Source: a virus (lineage: Duplodnaviria > Caudoviricetes). From it: a DNA stretch of 29,040 nt. The position numbers and the translations under genes are program-made. The notes under the pieces are model-generated. The model did no database searches. It saw only the letters and a list, made by a program, of their open reading frames with translations, and was not told where the DNA came from. The stretch is from positions 1 to 29,040 of the IMG/VR virus record IMGVR_UViG_3300030330_001215; one strand, given 5' to 3'. Shown here in pieces: positions 1 to 10,207 of the stretch (the stretch's first letter is position 1; each line of letters opens with the position of its first letter).

Positions 1-1
1 A

Positions 2-99
2 AAGCCATATTTATTTATTTTAAAGTTAAGGTAGAGGTTTTTACACCCCTACCATATTTCTAGTTTATTATGATTGTCTTACGATATCTGCACCAACTC
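2..99. repeat. Terminal direct repeat, left copy (98 bp, identical to 28943-29040); contig circularises
   Basis: Direct comparison: aagccatatttatt...gcaccaactc at both ends; base 1 (a) differs from 28942 (c). Confidence 0.97.
30..53 (-). terminator. Stem-loop after the major capsid gene (weak terminator or mRNA stabiliser)
   Basis: Minus strand GGTAGGGGT-GTAAAA-ACCTCTACC (one G.U pair) followed by TTAACTTT, 14 nt after the capsid stop codon. Confidence 0.65.
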
Positions 100-985
100 C
101 TGTTTGCACGCCTCCACTGTATCTCGCAACGCATCTGATGTTATCTGAACCGTCTAATGTACTCATATCTAACAAGTTAATTCTAGTTGCGTCAGATAAT
201 AAATCTGTTCCGTAGAATAAATTGCTTTTTTGTGCTGCAACTAATTGATTGTCTGGCATCCCAGGACAAACCGCAATTTTATACCCTTCAAATACTGGCT
301 CGTAATCACCGTTCATATTGTAAGCGTTTACATAACCTAATGTAGAAACTGCGCTAATGTAGAAAGCGTATGTTTTTGGGTTCATATAAATATGTAAATC
401 ATCTTTAGTTAAAACTGGTGAAATATTAGCAGCCATATCAGCAGTTAATGTTTGTAAGTTTGCAATAATGTTATCTGCAGAATACGCTGCACTTGCTGAT
501 GATTGGTTTACAGTTGCGTCAACACCTGGAAGTAATAAACCAACTGTTGCAGCTAGAAAACCAGCAGTAAATTCACCGTTTCCATTATCACCAGTCCATA
601 TAGAAGATTCTGTGCTATCTGCAATTAATTCACCCATATAAGATATTACGTAATCCTCAAATGATGGTGGTGGTGGCGCACCAGCACCAGCACGCATTTC
701 TAGAGCTTCCCAAGAATCTAAGAGTTCTTTTTTACATAAATCTATGTTAATTTGTAGATTCTTTGGTTCTAATACTTTCTCAGTTAAAGCAAGTGTTCCG
801 TTTGCAGTGAAATCGCACGTTGCATTCCTAACTACGTCTGCACCAGCCATTCTTTGTATGTTGCTCTTAAATTTGATGTTTTCGATAGATGTTAAATAAT
901 CTAAAGATTTTACTTCTTTTAGTGCAGCGCTGATGTAGAACCCAGCTGCTTTACCACTAAAATTTGATGTTGTTGTTAATGACAT
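68..985 (-). CDS. Major capsid protein (HK97 fold likely)
   Basis: 305 aa following protease and scaffold; motifs CDFTANGTLALTEKVLEP, DLCKKEL, NLFYGTDLLSD resemble capsids of Bacteroidota phages. Confidence 0.85.
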   Translation of the reverse strand: MSLTTTSNFSGKAAGFYISAALKEVKSLDYLTSIENIKFKSNIQRMAGADVVRNATCDFTANGTLALTEKVLEPKNLQINIDLCKKELLDSWEALEMRAGAGAPPPPSFEDYVISYMGELIADSTESSIWTGDNGNGEFTAGFLAATVGLLLPGVDATVNQSSASAAYSADNIIANLQTLTADMAANISPVLTKDDLHIYMNPKTYAFYISAVSTLGYVNAYNMNGDYEPVFEGYKIAVCPGMPDNQLVAAQKSNLFYGTDLLSDATRINLLDMSTLDGSDNIRCVARYSGGVQTGVGADIVRQS

Positions 986-1003
986 TTTTAATTATTTTAA
1001 TTA

Positions 1004-1693
1004 TTATTTATTTAAGTTGTATATAAACCTTTCTTGTCTAGAAAGTTTATTAAATTCTTTTCTGCTTAATGTAACCCTTTCACCGCTAAATTTGTTTGTG
1101 TTTATTGGTGTTTCAGCTGGTGTTTTTGATAATTCAGTTTTTAACTTTTCGTTTTCTGCTTTTAGCTTTTCTATTTCTTCTTCTGCGTTAAATTCTACAA
1201 CTTCTGTTGTTTTTGTTGTAACTGTTTTAGGGCTATCGCTTTTTTCTTCTGTTTCTTCTTCTAAAACTACTTCTTCTGACATTTCTTCTTTGTCTTTGCC
1301 AAACTCTTTTACAAGTTCATTTACGGCTTCTTCTAGCTTTGTCATTCTTTCTTCAATATCAGCGTATTTGTGTTCGTCAGTATGCTTAAGTTCTTGTTCT
1401 GCTGCTTCTACTTCTTCTGTTTCTGCAGTTTCTTCTGCTTCTGCTGGCATAACTTCTGCAACTACACCTTCTTCTTCAATTTTAACCATTGTTCCGTCTT
1501 CTAATTTGTACGTGCCAACTGGTAACAATATAGTCGTTCCATCTTCTGTTAGAACGCTCATATCTACACCAACCGCAAGTTCATCTGCAGTAGACACAAC
1601 AATAGTTCCGTCTTCTGTTTTTGCTTGAAAACCTAATTTAACTTCTTCTTCTTCTAGGCCTAAAGCTACTTTGATTTGTTTTTTAATATCCAT
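1004..1693 (-). CDS. Capsid scaffolding / head assembly protein
   Basis: Very acidic, coiled-coil, LPVGTYKLEDG motif, between protease and capsid. Confidence 0.7.
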   Translation of the reverse strand: MDIKKQIKVALGLEEEEVKLGFQAKTEDGTIVVSTADELAVGVDMSVLTEDGTTILLPVGTYKLEDGTMVKIEEEGVVAEVMPAEAEETAETEEVEAAEQELKHTDEHKYADIEERMTKLEEAVNELVKEFGKDKEEMSEEVVLEEETEEKSDSPKTVTTKTTEVVEFNAEEEIEKLKAENEKLKTELSKTPAETPINTNKFSGERVTLSRKEFNKLSRQERFIYNLNK

Positions 1694-1720
1694 AATGTGT
1701 TTTCTTTAATTAAAGGTTAA

Positions 1721-1749
1721 TATATAATAGAATAAATATTTATTTATTT
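1721..1749 (-). promoter_or_regulatory. Bipartite putative late promoter, copy 1 (scaffold/capsid)
   Basis: Minus strand AAATAAAT-N10-TCTATTATATA, ending 27 nt upstream of the ATG at 1693. Confidence 0.75.
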
Positions 1750-2457
1750 GATTTGTTGTATTATTTCGTTTAGCGCACTAAGTATTTGTTCGTTAGTAGG
1801 TTGTATTTCACTCATCTTTTGCATTTTATCAACAAAGTACCCTTCAATGCTTAAACCTTTTAATTCACCAGCTTTTATTTTTTGCCATAATTCTTCATTT
1901 TCTATGCGCATCTTAACGAACCAAGTGCCATTAGGTAAATCATACCCATACAATTTAGATTTATCCATATCGCCTTCTTTTACCCAGCTTTCAACAGTTA
2001 ATACGCCAGCAACTCTATCTTGATGTTCGTATGTTGCTTTGTGGTGGTTGTTATGTTTTAAATAGAGTTCAGCAGCTTGCCTTACAGTTTCTGGGCTAAA
2101 ATATACGTAATATTCACTTTCTGTATTTGCATCGTATCTATATATTTGTTTGTTAGGTATAAGTGCTGGACTAACTAACATACGTTTTTCTTCGTCTACT
2201 TTTGCTAATGTTAAGTTGCATTTTTCTTTTCCAAAATATACAAAGTCTTGTTCTATTGCTGGTGCAGATACTAAGCTAATTGCATCTATTGTTAACGATT
2301 CGTTAGTTTCTTCTATAACCAGTTCAACTATTTTAGTTGGTTTTATTTCTTCGTATTTGTCTTTGTTAGCTTCTTCACAAGCTTCACGAGTTGGATACTT
2401 ACACTCGCCAGTGTTACCCCACTTATATTTTCCGTTATCACATTTTTTACAAGGCAT
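1744..2457 (-). CDS. Prohead serine protease, XkdF-like
   Basis: AISLVSAPAIE, PALIPNKQIYR, catalytic-type H (YEHQ), VESW, GTWF, KGLSIEG motifs. Confidence 0.85.
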   Translation of the reverse strand: MPCKKCDNGKYKWGNTGECKYPTREACEEANKDKYEEIKPTKIVELVIEETNESLTIDAISLVSAPAIEQDFVYFGKEKCNLTLAKVDEEKRMLVSPALIPNKQIYRYDANTESEYYVYFSPETVRQAAELYLKHNNHHKATYEHQDRVAGVLTVESWVKEGDMDKSKLYGYDLPNGTWFVKMRIENEELWQKIKAGELKGLSIEGYFVDKMQKMSEIQPTNEQILSALNEIIQQIK

Positions 2458-2459
2458 AA

Positions 2460-2488
2460 TATTTAATAGATTTAATTGTTATTTATTT
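2460..2488 (-). promoter_or_regulatory. Bipartite putative late promoter, copy 2 (protease)
   Basis: AAATAAAT-N10-TCTATTAAATA, 2 nt before the ATG at 2457. Confidence 0.7.
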
Positions 2489-2493
2489 GGTTT

Positions 2494-3924
2494 TTATATT
2501 GTACTTCTTCTTCTAATGTTTGCTAATTTGTTTTGGCTATTTGTCATATCATCAGTAACTACAAATGCTTGCACTGGTTCTGGTTTTTGTACACCACCCA
2601 AATCAAAAGACCCACTAACTAAACTAGGACGAGGAGCTGCACCACCTCCACCACCACCACCTGAACTTCCATCTGGTTTTGTTCCACTTGCAATTTTACT
2701 AATCTGTAATGCCGCAAACGTACCAGCGAGGCCAGCTTGTATAAAATTATATCCAGGTATAATTACATTTAATGGACTACTACTAGCAGTTTTAAATGCA
2801 TTCATTACTGCTTCACCACCACTTATTGTTGCTTGCGCTATTGCTACACCTTTTGCTAACCTTGAACCCTCTCCAGCAGCTTGTTTCGTAATTTCTAAAC
2901 CAGCTTTTGCCATTTGTTTTGTAAATTCAAGTTGGCCACGTTTTCGCATTGTATCAGCGTCAACGTGTTCTTCTTGGTCTAAATTAACTTCTTGATTTGA
3001 TTTAAAAATAACATCATTGCTTTCTTGGGTTAATACTGGCAATCTTTTTAAATATTCAGTTTGGTGTTCGTCTAATTTTTTTAAATCTTCTAATTCTTGT
3101 TTACGTAAATTTTCTGCTTCTTTTTTTATTGCGTTTATTTTGTTATTAAGTTCTATTTGTTTTGTTGTACTTTCAGCTTTTATATTAAACAAATCAATTT
3201 CTGCTTGCGCTTCTTTGTCTAAATCTGCTGCCATACTTTCACCAATGGCGTTTTCTTCTTTTATTATACGCAAGTTTTCTTCTGCGTTTGCAACTCTTTT
3301 ATTTAACAAATCGTTTTCTATTTTAAAAGCAGATTGGGCTGCATTTAACCTTTCTTGCTCTGATTTAGTTACATCTTCTGCAATTAATTTTAAACGTTCT
3401 ATTTCTGCTCGTTGCCTAGCAGTTTCAACATTTAATTCTCTTTGACTATCTCTTAATTCAACAAACGCTTTTTTTAAAGCTATTGCGTCTTGTGTGTCTT
3501 TTCTTATTTCATCACCTATGCCAGTAAAAGCACCTTTAACGTCTTGTAACGCACCTTTCGTGTCACCTTGAAATAGTTTTACTATTGCGCCACCAAACTT
3601 GCTTATTCTGTCTGTAATTACGCTTAATGCTGCACCAATACCACTCATTGCAACTTCTAAAAGTTCTGCACCTTTTTTTGTTTTAGTTAAAAATGTTACT
3701 AAACTACCAAATGCAATAACAAGCGCACCAATTCCAGTTGACATTATACCTTTCGTAATAGTTGCAAAAGACGTTTTTGCAATTTTACCCATTGACGCAA
3801 AACTACTTTTTAAAGTGTTTAAAGAAACACCCATAATTTTAAATTCACTTGCTAAACCTTGTACGTCTTTTGTTGTTGCACCAACATCTGATTTAACACT
3901 TAATGTAATCTCTTCTTTAGCCAT
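2494..3924 (-). CDS. Tail tape measure protein (short)
   Basis: Helical, Ala/Lys/Glu-rich, STGIGALVIAFG hydrophobic segment, central coiled coil, Gly-rich linker, C-terminal PVQAFVV motif. Confidence 0.75.
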   Translation of the reverse strand: MAKEEITLSVKSDVGATTKDVQGLASEFKIMGVSLNTLKSSFASMGKIAKTSFATITKGIMSTGIGALVIAFGSLVTFLTKTKKGAELLEVAMSGIGAALSVITDRISKFGGAIVKLFQGDTKGALQDVKGAFTGIGDEIRKDTQDAIALKKAFVELRDSQRELNVETARQRAEIERLKLIAEDVTKSEQERLNAAQSAFKIENDLLNKRVANAEENLRIIKEENAIGESMAADLDKEAQAEIDLFNIKAESTTKQIELNNKINAIKKEAENLRKQELEDLKKLDEHQTEYLKRLPVLTQESNDVIFKSNQEVNLDQEEHVDADTMRKRGQLEFTKQMAKAGLEITKQAAGEGSRLAKGVAIAQATISGGEAVMNAFKTASSSPLNVIIPGYNFIQAGLAGTFAALQISKIASGTKPDGSSGGGGGGGAAPRPSLVSGSFDLGGVQKPEPVQAFVVTDDMTNSQNKLANIRRRSTI

Positions 3925-3925
3925 A

Positions 3926-4822
3926 TTATACTATATTTGTTTCACTTATTACTTCGTGCAGAACTACGTTTGCGCTCCATAAATTATGTACGTTGTTTCT
4001 GTCTTGTACGCTTACTGTAATTGAAGGCACACCACCAGTTGTACTATCTACCATAACTGTCGTACCATTCGTTCCTACTTTTGCTATATTTCTTGTAAAC
4101 CCTACTATAAAAGACATAACACCAGTTTGGTTTATTTTAACCGCACCTCTAATGTTTCTATATGAGTAATTACCAGCAGTTCCACTACTACCACCAAGTT
4201 CTAATCTTGTTATAAAAATATCATAACCTATTATAGAGTTGTTTTCTACATTTATAAAACTTTCACCATCGCCTTGTATTGTCATATTTGTTACAGTATT
4301 GTCTATTGTAACGCAACTTAACTGTAAATTAGATGTTTGCCTCCTACTGTTAAAAGTAACTGCGTCTGTGCTATCTGATATTGCTCTTTGGCCACCGCCT
4401 TGCGCTACTTCGCTTTGCCTTGTAACCTTTGCACGTTTACCACCAATTATTGCAGCGTTTTTTATATTATTAGTTATTTCGTGTTCTGTTCCTAAAGTAA
4501 TAGTATTGCAATTATAACTCTTATTAGTGTTTGCAGTACCAACAACAATGTTATTCTGTGAAAACGGTTCTATGTTATTATTAACGCCTAATATACGTTT
4601 GTTTCTTCCAAATAACGTATCTTCTAGTTTTGGCCTAAATGTAAATGCGCTGCACGTACCAGTAGAAACGTTATACTTGTAACCGTAAGCTTCACAAGTT
4701 CTTTGGTCTGCTGATAAATCAGTTAATGTGCCATTTGTAAAAGTAACTGTTCCTAAACTACTAACCTTATCTGGCTTTAAATCAAAACCTTTTTTAAATT
4801 CTATGTTTCTAACTTTGCTCAT
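3926..4822 (-). CDS. Putative tail/baseplate structural protein
   Basis: Beta-rich, Gly/Asn/Thr-rich, translationally coupled in the tail block. Confidence 0.55.
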   Translation of the reverse strand: MSKVRNIEFKKGFDLKPDKVSSLGTVTFTNGTLTDLSADQRTCEAYGYKYNVSTGTCSAFTFRPKLEDTLFGRNKRILGVNNNIEPFSQNNIVVGTANTNKSYNCNTITLGTEHEITNNIKNAAIIGGKRAKVTRQSEVAQGGGQRAISDSTDAVTFNSRRQTSNLQLSCVTIDNTVTNMTIQGDGESFINVENNSIIGYDIFITRLELGGSSGTAGNYSYRNIRGAVKINQTGVMSFIVGFTRNIAKVGTNGTTVMVDSTTGGVPSITVSVQDRNNVHNLWSANVVLHEVISETNIV

Positions 4823-7683
4823 TATGGTAACAATATAAATTCAACTGTTGATAGTGCGTTTGGTTTATAATCTATTTTATTAACCCTATACACTTTATTT
4901 TTTATCATCACTTTGTGTCTAAAATCAAAAGTGTTTATATCTGCTGCGGTTAAATATACTTTGCAAGTCATTGTACGTGTATTCACATTATATAATTCGT
5001 TAAAGTATGGTGCGTGATATAAATTGTATAGATTGTTTAGCGGCTGGCTAAAGGGGTCAACAACCCCTGGAAACGTTTGGCATACACCAAAGTTATAATC
5101 GTTATCAGTGTTGTCAGCTGGTAAATCGCTAAAGTGTGAAAATTGTAAATATTCTGTTTTAGTACCACCAGCCACACCGTTTTGTCCTGGCACTACATAA
5201 TCTTGTTGGTTCAAACCGTTATTATATAAAATACGTGGCGCATTGTCTATTGCGTTAAATTCGTAACCATCTTCTGTGCTTCCATAGATAACTGGTATAA
5301 TAAAATCTGGAAAAACATCTTGTATTGCTTTAATAATTGTTGCACTAAATGGCTCTGCAATAATTTCTTCTGTTCCAACTAAATTTGTAACTTGGTTGCT
5401 TCCAGGTATTGCGCTCGATGTTGGTAAAATAAAACTACCATATTCAAAACCTTGCGCAGCCGTTTTATACTTTTTTAGTGCGTAATCTTCTTCATCAAAA
5501 ACATATTTAAAAATTACTTCTCTTTTTAAATCCATTGGTTTTAAATCTATCTTACTTGCATCAATTTTATCTGTCCAATTAAGTTGTATGCTACGTTCTG
5601 CAAGTGTTGTCCCAGCAGTGTCATTAACAAACATATCTGGATATGGCTCAAATATTATATTATTTGGGTTTGTAGGGTCTGGCATTGCTATTAGGTTGAA
5701 CATTTTCATAATACCACTTACAAACTCCCATTGTTTTATATCACCACGTGCAGTGTTAAACAGTTGGGAAGTCATAAATTCTGCGTTGTTATAAACTGCA
5801 CCACGTAATGTGCTATCTTTAGAACCATATACACTTGGGTCTAAATTATTTTGCCTTAATGCAGTTGCAGTATCACTTTCCCATTCAATGTATAATGTAT
5901 CACTACCTAAGGCCGATACGCCTAACGGTATATCTGGTGGTTGTGCGCTATATTGCCATATACCACCATTAATGATTGTTTCATTTGTTACTTCTGCAAA
6001 ATAAGAATAACTACCAGCAGTGCCAAAAATACCGCTAACGTTGTGTCTAACAAATCTTATATAATTTACTGTTGCACTACTACCAGAAGTGTTTACAATA
6101 CTGCAAACGGCTTTTAAATCATAATAAGTGTTAGTTTGTTGTGCAGTAAAACTATTAGATGCTAAACTCCAACCAGTATCAGCGTCAAAATCATCTGGGC
6201 TTTGGTCGTGTACCCACTCCCAAGTCGTTGCACTTGTTCCAGCATAATGGTTTCCGTGGTCGTGATGATACAAAGCACCACCAGTGTGTCTAAATTCTGT
6301 TGGTCCTTCTTCACTACCCCAGTTAAAGTCCATATACAATTTACTAAATTCTGCACTATCAAAAAATTCTGATACAAAAGTATAACCACTATTTCTAGCA
6401 ATGTTTTTTAATAAATAATTAACACTTATCCAAGGCCTAAATGCGTCTTCTAAACGGCTAATTTCTGGCTTGCTACCAGTACAGTCAATTTCGCCAGTCC
6501 AATCGCAAAACGGATATTTAATAACGTTTGTTTCATTAATTGCTAAACCACTAACTTTTGCAAAACTGTCAGCAGCCAAATTATTTTGTAATTCTATAAA
6601 ACCTTGCCACGATTGTGTTATGTTTGTATAATTATATGCGTGGTCTAGTTCTGATAAATTTAACTCTGCTAGTGTGCGGCCTTCTAATACGTCTTTTAGT
6701 GCAACTGTTTCAGTAAATAAATTAACATTGTAGCTTATTTCACCGTTATCGTCTTTTATTTCTATCAAACGCAGTGTGCCTTCAAATATTAATAAACCAT
6801 TTTGTTTTAGTATTGCTTTTGTTCTTAAATAAGGGTTAAAATCATATACGTTGTTTATAGTTTTTTGTACATCAAAAATGTGTGTAAATATTTTATTGTT
6901 ACGCTTTGTTGCTGGTAAATCAAAATCTTTACTGTGCGATTGTGTTTTTTCTGCAGCATTTTTGAAATTATCTACGCTTAGTGTTAACGGTATATCTTGT
7001 TCTTCGTATAAATCGCATATTACTTGTCCGTCAAATAAATTTTCTGCTAATACTGGTACTGTACTTGGTTCTTCTGTTACAGTAATTTCTGATATTGTTA
7101 TTGAACTTGCATTTGCGTTAAGATATGTTATAACAACGTGTGATGTTTGGTTTTGTGCAGTAAAATTAAATGTTGTTTGTGTGTTACCAGTTGTTGTAAA
7201 TTGTGTTGGTGTGTTACCAAAAGTTCCAACGTAATTGTTATCCCAACTAAAACCACCATTTCCGAAAACACCTATTTGTATAATACTTCCAACTGGCAAT
7301 GCAGAATGGTTAATAGTTAACAAATATTGTTGCCCTACTGTTGCTGAACTCATTGTTTGGTAAAGCCCAGAACGTGAACCCTCTGCCGTAACCCCTATGG
7401 CACTTGACGTTAACGTTAAAACACCACCGCTGATTGTTGGAGCAACTGTTGAACTAAATGTTGTGTTAGTTGTGCCAGTATAAAACAAACGATAATTGCC
7501 TTGCTGTGGGAAAAAATTACTAAACAATCCTAGGGCATAAGGAAAGCCAATTGCACTAATATCAACAGTATTTATTGCTGGAGATGTAAACGTTTTATTC
7601 CCTAAATAATCATTTAATTGTTGTACGCTTGTAAAAGCATATCCATTGTAATTTTGTGGAAATAATATTAACTGCGTACTCAT
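4822..7683 (-). CDS. Large tail tip/baseplate hub protein
   Basis: 953 aa; DLYEEQDIPLTLSVD...SKDFDLPAT..NN hub-like segment and C-terminal YRVNKIDY; N-terminal beta-sandwich-like region. Confidence 0.65.
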   Translation of the reverse strand: MSTQLILFPQNYNGYAFTSVQQLNDYLGNKTFTSPAINTVDISAIGFPYALGLFSNFFPQQGNYRLFYTGTTNTTFSSTVAPTISGGVLTLTSSAIGVTAEGSRSGLYQTMSSATVGQQYLLTINHSALPVGSIIQIGVFGNGGFSWDNNYVGTFGNTPTQFTTTGNTQTTFNFTAQNQTSHVVITYLNANASSITISEITVTEEPSTVPVLAENLFDGQVICDLYEEQDIPLTLSVDNFKNAAEKTQSHSKDFDLPATKRNNKIFTHIFDVQKTINNVYDFNPYLRTKAILKQNGLLIFEGTLRLIEIKDDNGEISYNVNLFTETVALKDVLEGRTLAELNLSELDHAYNYTNITQSWQGFIELQNNLAADSFAKVSGLAINETNVIKYPFCDWTGEIDCTGSKPEISRLEDAFRPWISVNYLLKNIARNSGYTFVSEFFDSAEFSKLYMDFNWGSEEGPTEFRHTGGALYHHDHGNHYAGTSATTWEWVHDQSPDDFDADTGWSLASNSFTAQQTNTYYDLKAVCSIVNTSGSSATVNYIRFVRHNVSGIFGTAGSYSYFAEVTNETIINGGIWQYSAQPPDIPLGVSALGSDTLYIEWESDTATALRQNNLDPSVYGSKDSTLRGAVYNNAEFMTSQLFNTARGDIKQWEFVSGIMKMFNLIAMPDPTNPNNIIFEPYPDMFVNDTAGTTLAERSIQLNWTDKIDASKIDLKPMDLKREVIFKYVFDEEDYALKKYKTAAQGFEYGSFILPTSSAIPGSNQVTNLVGTEEIIAEPFSATIIKAIQDVFPDFIIPVIYGSTEDGYEFNAIDNAPRILYNNGLNQQDYVVPGQNGVAGGTKTEYLQFSHFSDLPADNTDNDYNFGVCQTFPGVVDPFSQPLNNLYNLYHAPYFNELYNVNTRTMTCKVYLTAADINTFDFRHKVMIKNKVYRVNKIDYKPNALSTVEFILLP

Positions 7684-7684
7684 A

Positions 7685-9199
7685 TTAAACTGCTTGCGTT
7701 CTTAAATCACTGTTACGTTCTATATCAAATGTATATTGTACTAATTTATCATTAGCTTTTGTTTTGCGTGTAAAACTGCTTGTTGTAAGTATTACTGGTT
7801 CAACGTATTTGTTAATTATACCACCAGTATCGTCATCGCTATATTCATTAATTATGTAAACTTCTGGACTGTTTATCATTGCTTCTATCCAAATGCTTTC
7901 TTCATCAGTTAAAAAATCTGTATTAATTTTTATACGTTCTTTTGCGTTTACTCTAAAATTTTTCATTCCGCCTTTGTAACCGTGTGGCCTATAAGCTTCA
8001 CTGTTCCACGTACCACCAAGTTGCGTGTATTGTTCTTTTGTTGTTGCTACTGATTTAACTGACTTTTGGTTAAATGTATAATAATCCCAAGCACCAAATT
8101 TATTTAACCACGCAAGTCGTATTCCTTCGTAACCAAAACTGTTTTCACATATTATATTTATTGTATATAATTTTGTTATTGCATTTTGCGAAAAACCAAA
8201 ACCTTGTACAGTATAATAACTCATTGCATTGATTTGCGCTTGAAAATCTGTACTCCAACCACGTAAATTTGCTGGGTAAACACCAATAAATAAATATTTA
8301 GTTAATGCGTATGGTTCTTTATTGTGGTAACCACCAGTTGTATTTAAGTTATCAACAGTTATTGTAGAACCTAATTGTGCATTACTGCTATCATACATTT
8401 TAACTTTAATATTGTCTAAACGAAACGTTCCAGATTGTGGCATACCAGTGCTAAAACTTCTGTCTAACGTATTAAATGAAGCAATTGTTCCATAATCTGT
8501 TTTCCTTGCATATAATGTTGCTGGGCTATCTGTTAAGAACCTAGCAGTTGCAACGTTTTGTATATAGCTTATTGTGTTACCGCCCAAATCAAAACCAGCA
8601 TTTTCTAAATTCCAACCAAAATTATTACTATATGTGCTTCCAGTTAGTGCGTCTTGTTTGCTTAAATAACCGTTATATATAAAATAAGATGGCGTAAATA
8701 AAAAGTCAGCATCTACACTAACATCATTTGGTTTACTAGCGTCTGCACCTAAGTATTCTATCTGAAATTTTACTTTTAACCATTTAACTGTGTGTTTAGC
8801 CCAGCTATATTTGTCAATTAAATGTATAGGAAATTGGTTTTGAACATCAAAAACATTTGTTTTAAATCTTGGTTGACCGTTATTCCATCCAGGAATAATA
8901 GCATACTGCGTGTCTATTGCGTGTTCTGGTATATTATCGCTATCAACAAAGCTTTCTACAATAGGCCGTAAGTCAAACATTCCTACACCTTTGTTATTTG
9001 GTGTTGTTTTAAGTGTTGCTACTAAACTGTCTGTTCCTACACCTAATGTTGTTTTATTCCAATCAACATATACGTTAGCTATAAATTTAACTCTTGTTTC
9101 GTTAGCTACAATGTTATCTTCTGATACTGCAAATATTATTTCTTGTGCAGCTGGTAATGGGTTATATTTTGGTTGTTGCTCTAATACGATTGTTGCCAT
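7685..9199 (-). CDS. Putative distal tail/structural protein
   Basis: 504 aa; RLAWLNKFGAWDYYTF and INSPEVY motifs resemble Bacteroidota phage tail proteins. Confidence 0.6.
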   Translation of the reverse strand: MATIVLEQQPKYNPLPAAQEIIFAVSEDNIVANETRVKFIANVYVDWNKTTLGVGTDSLVATLKTTPNNKGVGMFDLRPIVESFVDSDNIPEHAIDTQYAIIPGWNNGQPRFKTNVFDVQNQFPIHLIDKYSWAKHTVKWLKVKFQIEYLGADASKPNDVSVDADFLFTPSYFIYNGYLSKQDALTGSTYSNNFGWNLENAGFDLGGNTISYIQNVATARFLTDSPATLYARKTDYGTIASFNTLDRSFSTGMPQSGTFRLDNIKVKMYDSSNAQLGSTITVDNLNTTGGYHNKEPYALTKYLFIGVYPANLRGWSTDFQAQINAMSYYTVQGFGFSQNAITKLYTINIICENSFGYEGIRLAWLNKFGAWDYYTFNQKSVKSVATTKEQYTQLGGTWNSEAYRPHGYKGGMKNFRVNAKERIKINTDFLTDEESIWIEAMINSPEVYIINEYSDDDTGGIINKYVEPVILTTSSFTRKTKANDKLVQYTFDIERNSDLRTQAV

Positions 9200-9756
9200 T
9201 ATTGTACGCTTGTTTTTATTTGTTTACTAAACACTGTTAACACATCTTCTTTCAATGCTCTTAATATATTAACGCCAAATTTTCGTGACGCTAAACCTAA
9301 TGGCCTTTGAAAAAAACTTGTGCTTTTAATTCCTTCTCTTAATATTTTTCTGCTAATTAAATATGCAAAGCCAGATATAAATTGGCCAGTTTTTGTAGAA
9401 CGTCCACGTTTAAAACCAGTTGGTTTTATACCCCTTGCTTTTATCCATTTAGAAAGTATATCTACTGGTGGTCCTTTAGTAGTGTATTTATAAGGGCTTT
9501 CAACTTTCTTATTATTATAATTTACAAATTCTTGAATATTGCTTTTTCCACTGACACCCTTATCTACAAAAGTACCATAATCACGCATATAAAAATCAAC
9601 ACTAAACTCACCGTTACTAAATTCTATTTTGTATTTAATAGAGTTGTATAAATCTTTGCTTACGTTCTTTTTTGCTTTGGTTAAATTGCTTTTACTTTGT
9701 TGTACTACATATTTTCCAAAGCTTTCTAAGTACCTTTCTAAATTAGTTAGTTCCAT
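9199..9756 (-). CDS. Putative neck/tail completion protein (HK97 gp10-like)
   Basis: Basic, LYNSIKY, YGTFVDKG, ISRKILREGIK..FF pattern. Confidence 0.55.
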   Translation of the reverse strand: MELTNLERYLESFGKYVVQQSKSNLTKAKKNVSKDLYNSIKYKIEFSNGEFSVDFYMRDYGTFVDKGVSGKSNIQEFVNYNNKKVESPYKYTTKGPPVDILSKWIKARGIKPTGFKRGRSTKTGQFISGFAYLISRKILREGIKSTSFFQRPLGLASRKFGVNILRALKEDVLTVFSKQIKTSVQ

Positions 9757-10205
9757 TATGTAAGGGCTACAAACATTTCTACTTGAATATCTGTTGCTCC
9801 AGTTGGCCTTGCTTGTATGCTTGCCAAGTTTTCAAAGCTTGTAAAACCTGGACTTGTATCTGCTTCTGCTACAAATACTGCTTCACCGTTAAATAATACG
9901 TGTGATGCTAACGGTCTTAGTTTTACTTGATAATTAGTTGCAGTACCTACAATCGCAATATTTAGTGCGTCTGTTGTGCTTAAATTTGTTATTCTAACGT
10001 ATGCAGTATTTTCAACGTCTAATGCACCAGCACTAGTATGCGGTGTTGTTGCAAAAGTTGTTATAGTAGTTGTGTTAGAATGTGCGCAAGTTAGTATGCG
10101 TTCAAATACATCTACAATTCCGTCTGTACTTACAATGTTTGTAGAACCCCTTGTACTTCCATTTAAAGTTACTGATTCTGTGAATGTTGTTGTTAATGTT
10201 GCCAT
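9756..10205 (-). CDS. Hypothetical virion protein
   Basis: 149 aa Thr-rich beta protein, coupled to neighbours. Confidence 0.5.
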   Translation of the reverse strand: MATLTTTFTESVTLNGSTRGSTNIVSTDGIVDVFERILTCAHSNTTTITTFATTPHTSAGALDVENTAYVRITNLSTTDALNIAIVGTATNYQVKLRPLASHVLFNGEAVFVAEADTSPGFTSFENLASIQARPTGATDIQVEMFVALT

Positions 10206-10207
10206 AT

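Noticed and set aside
1-99. End repeat as a biological terminal repeat
   Set aside because: Its ~99-nt length matches a typical assembler k-mer overlap and it cuts through coding sequence; the base-1 mismatch is probably an end artefact
2636-2662. (cca)n repeat
   Set aside because: Encodes the poly-Gly linker of the tape measure protein
6162-6401. 79-aa minus-strand ORF nested in the large tail gene (possible Rz1-like)
   Set aside because: Out-of-frame nested ORF with no lipobox, far from the lysis genes
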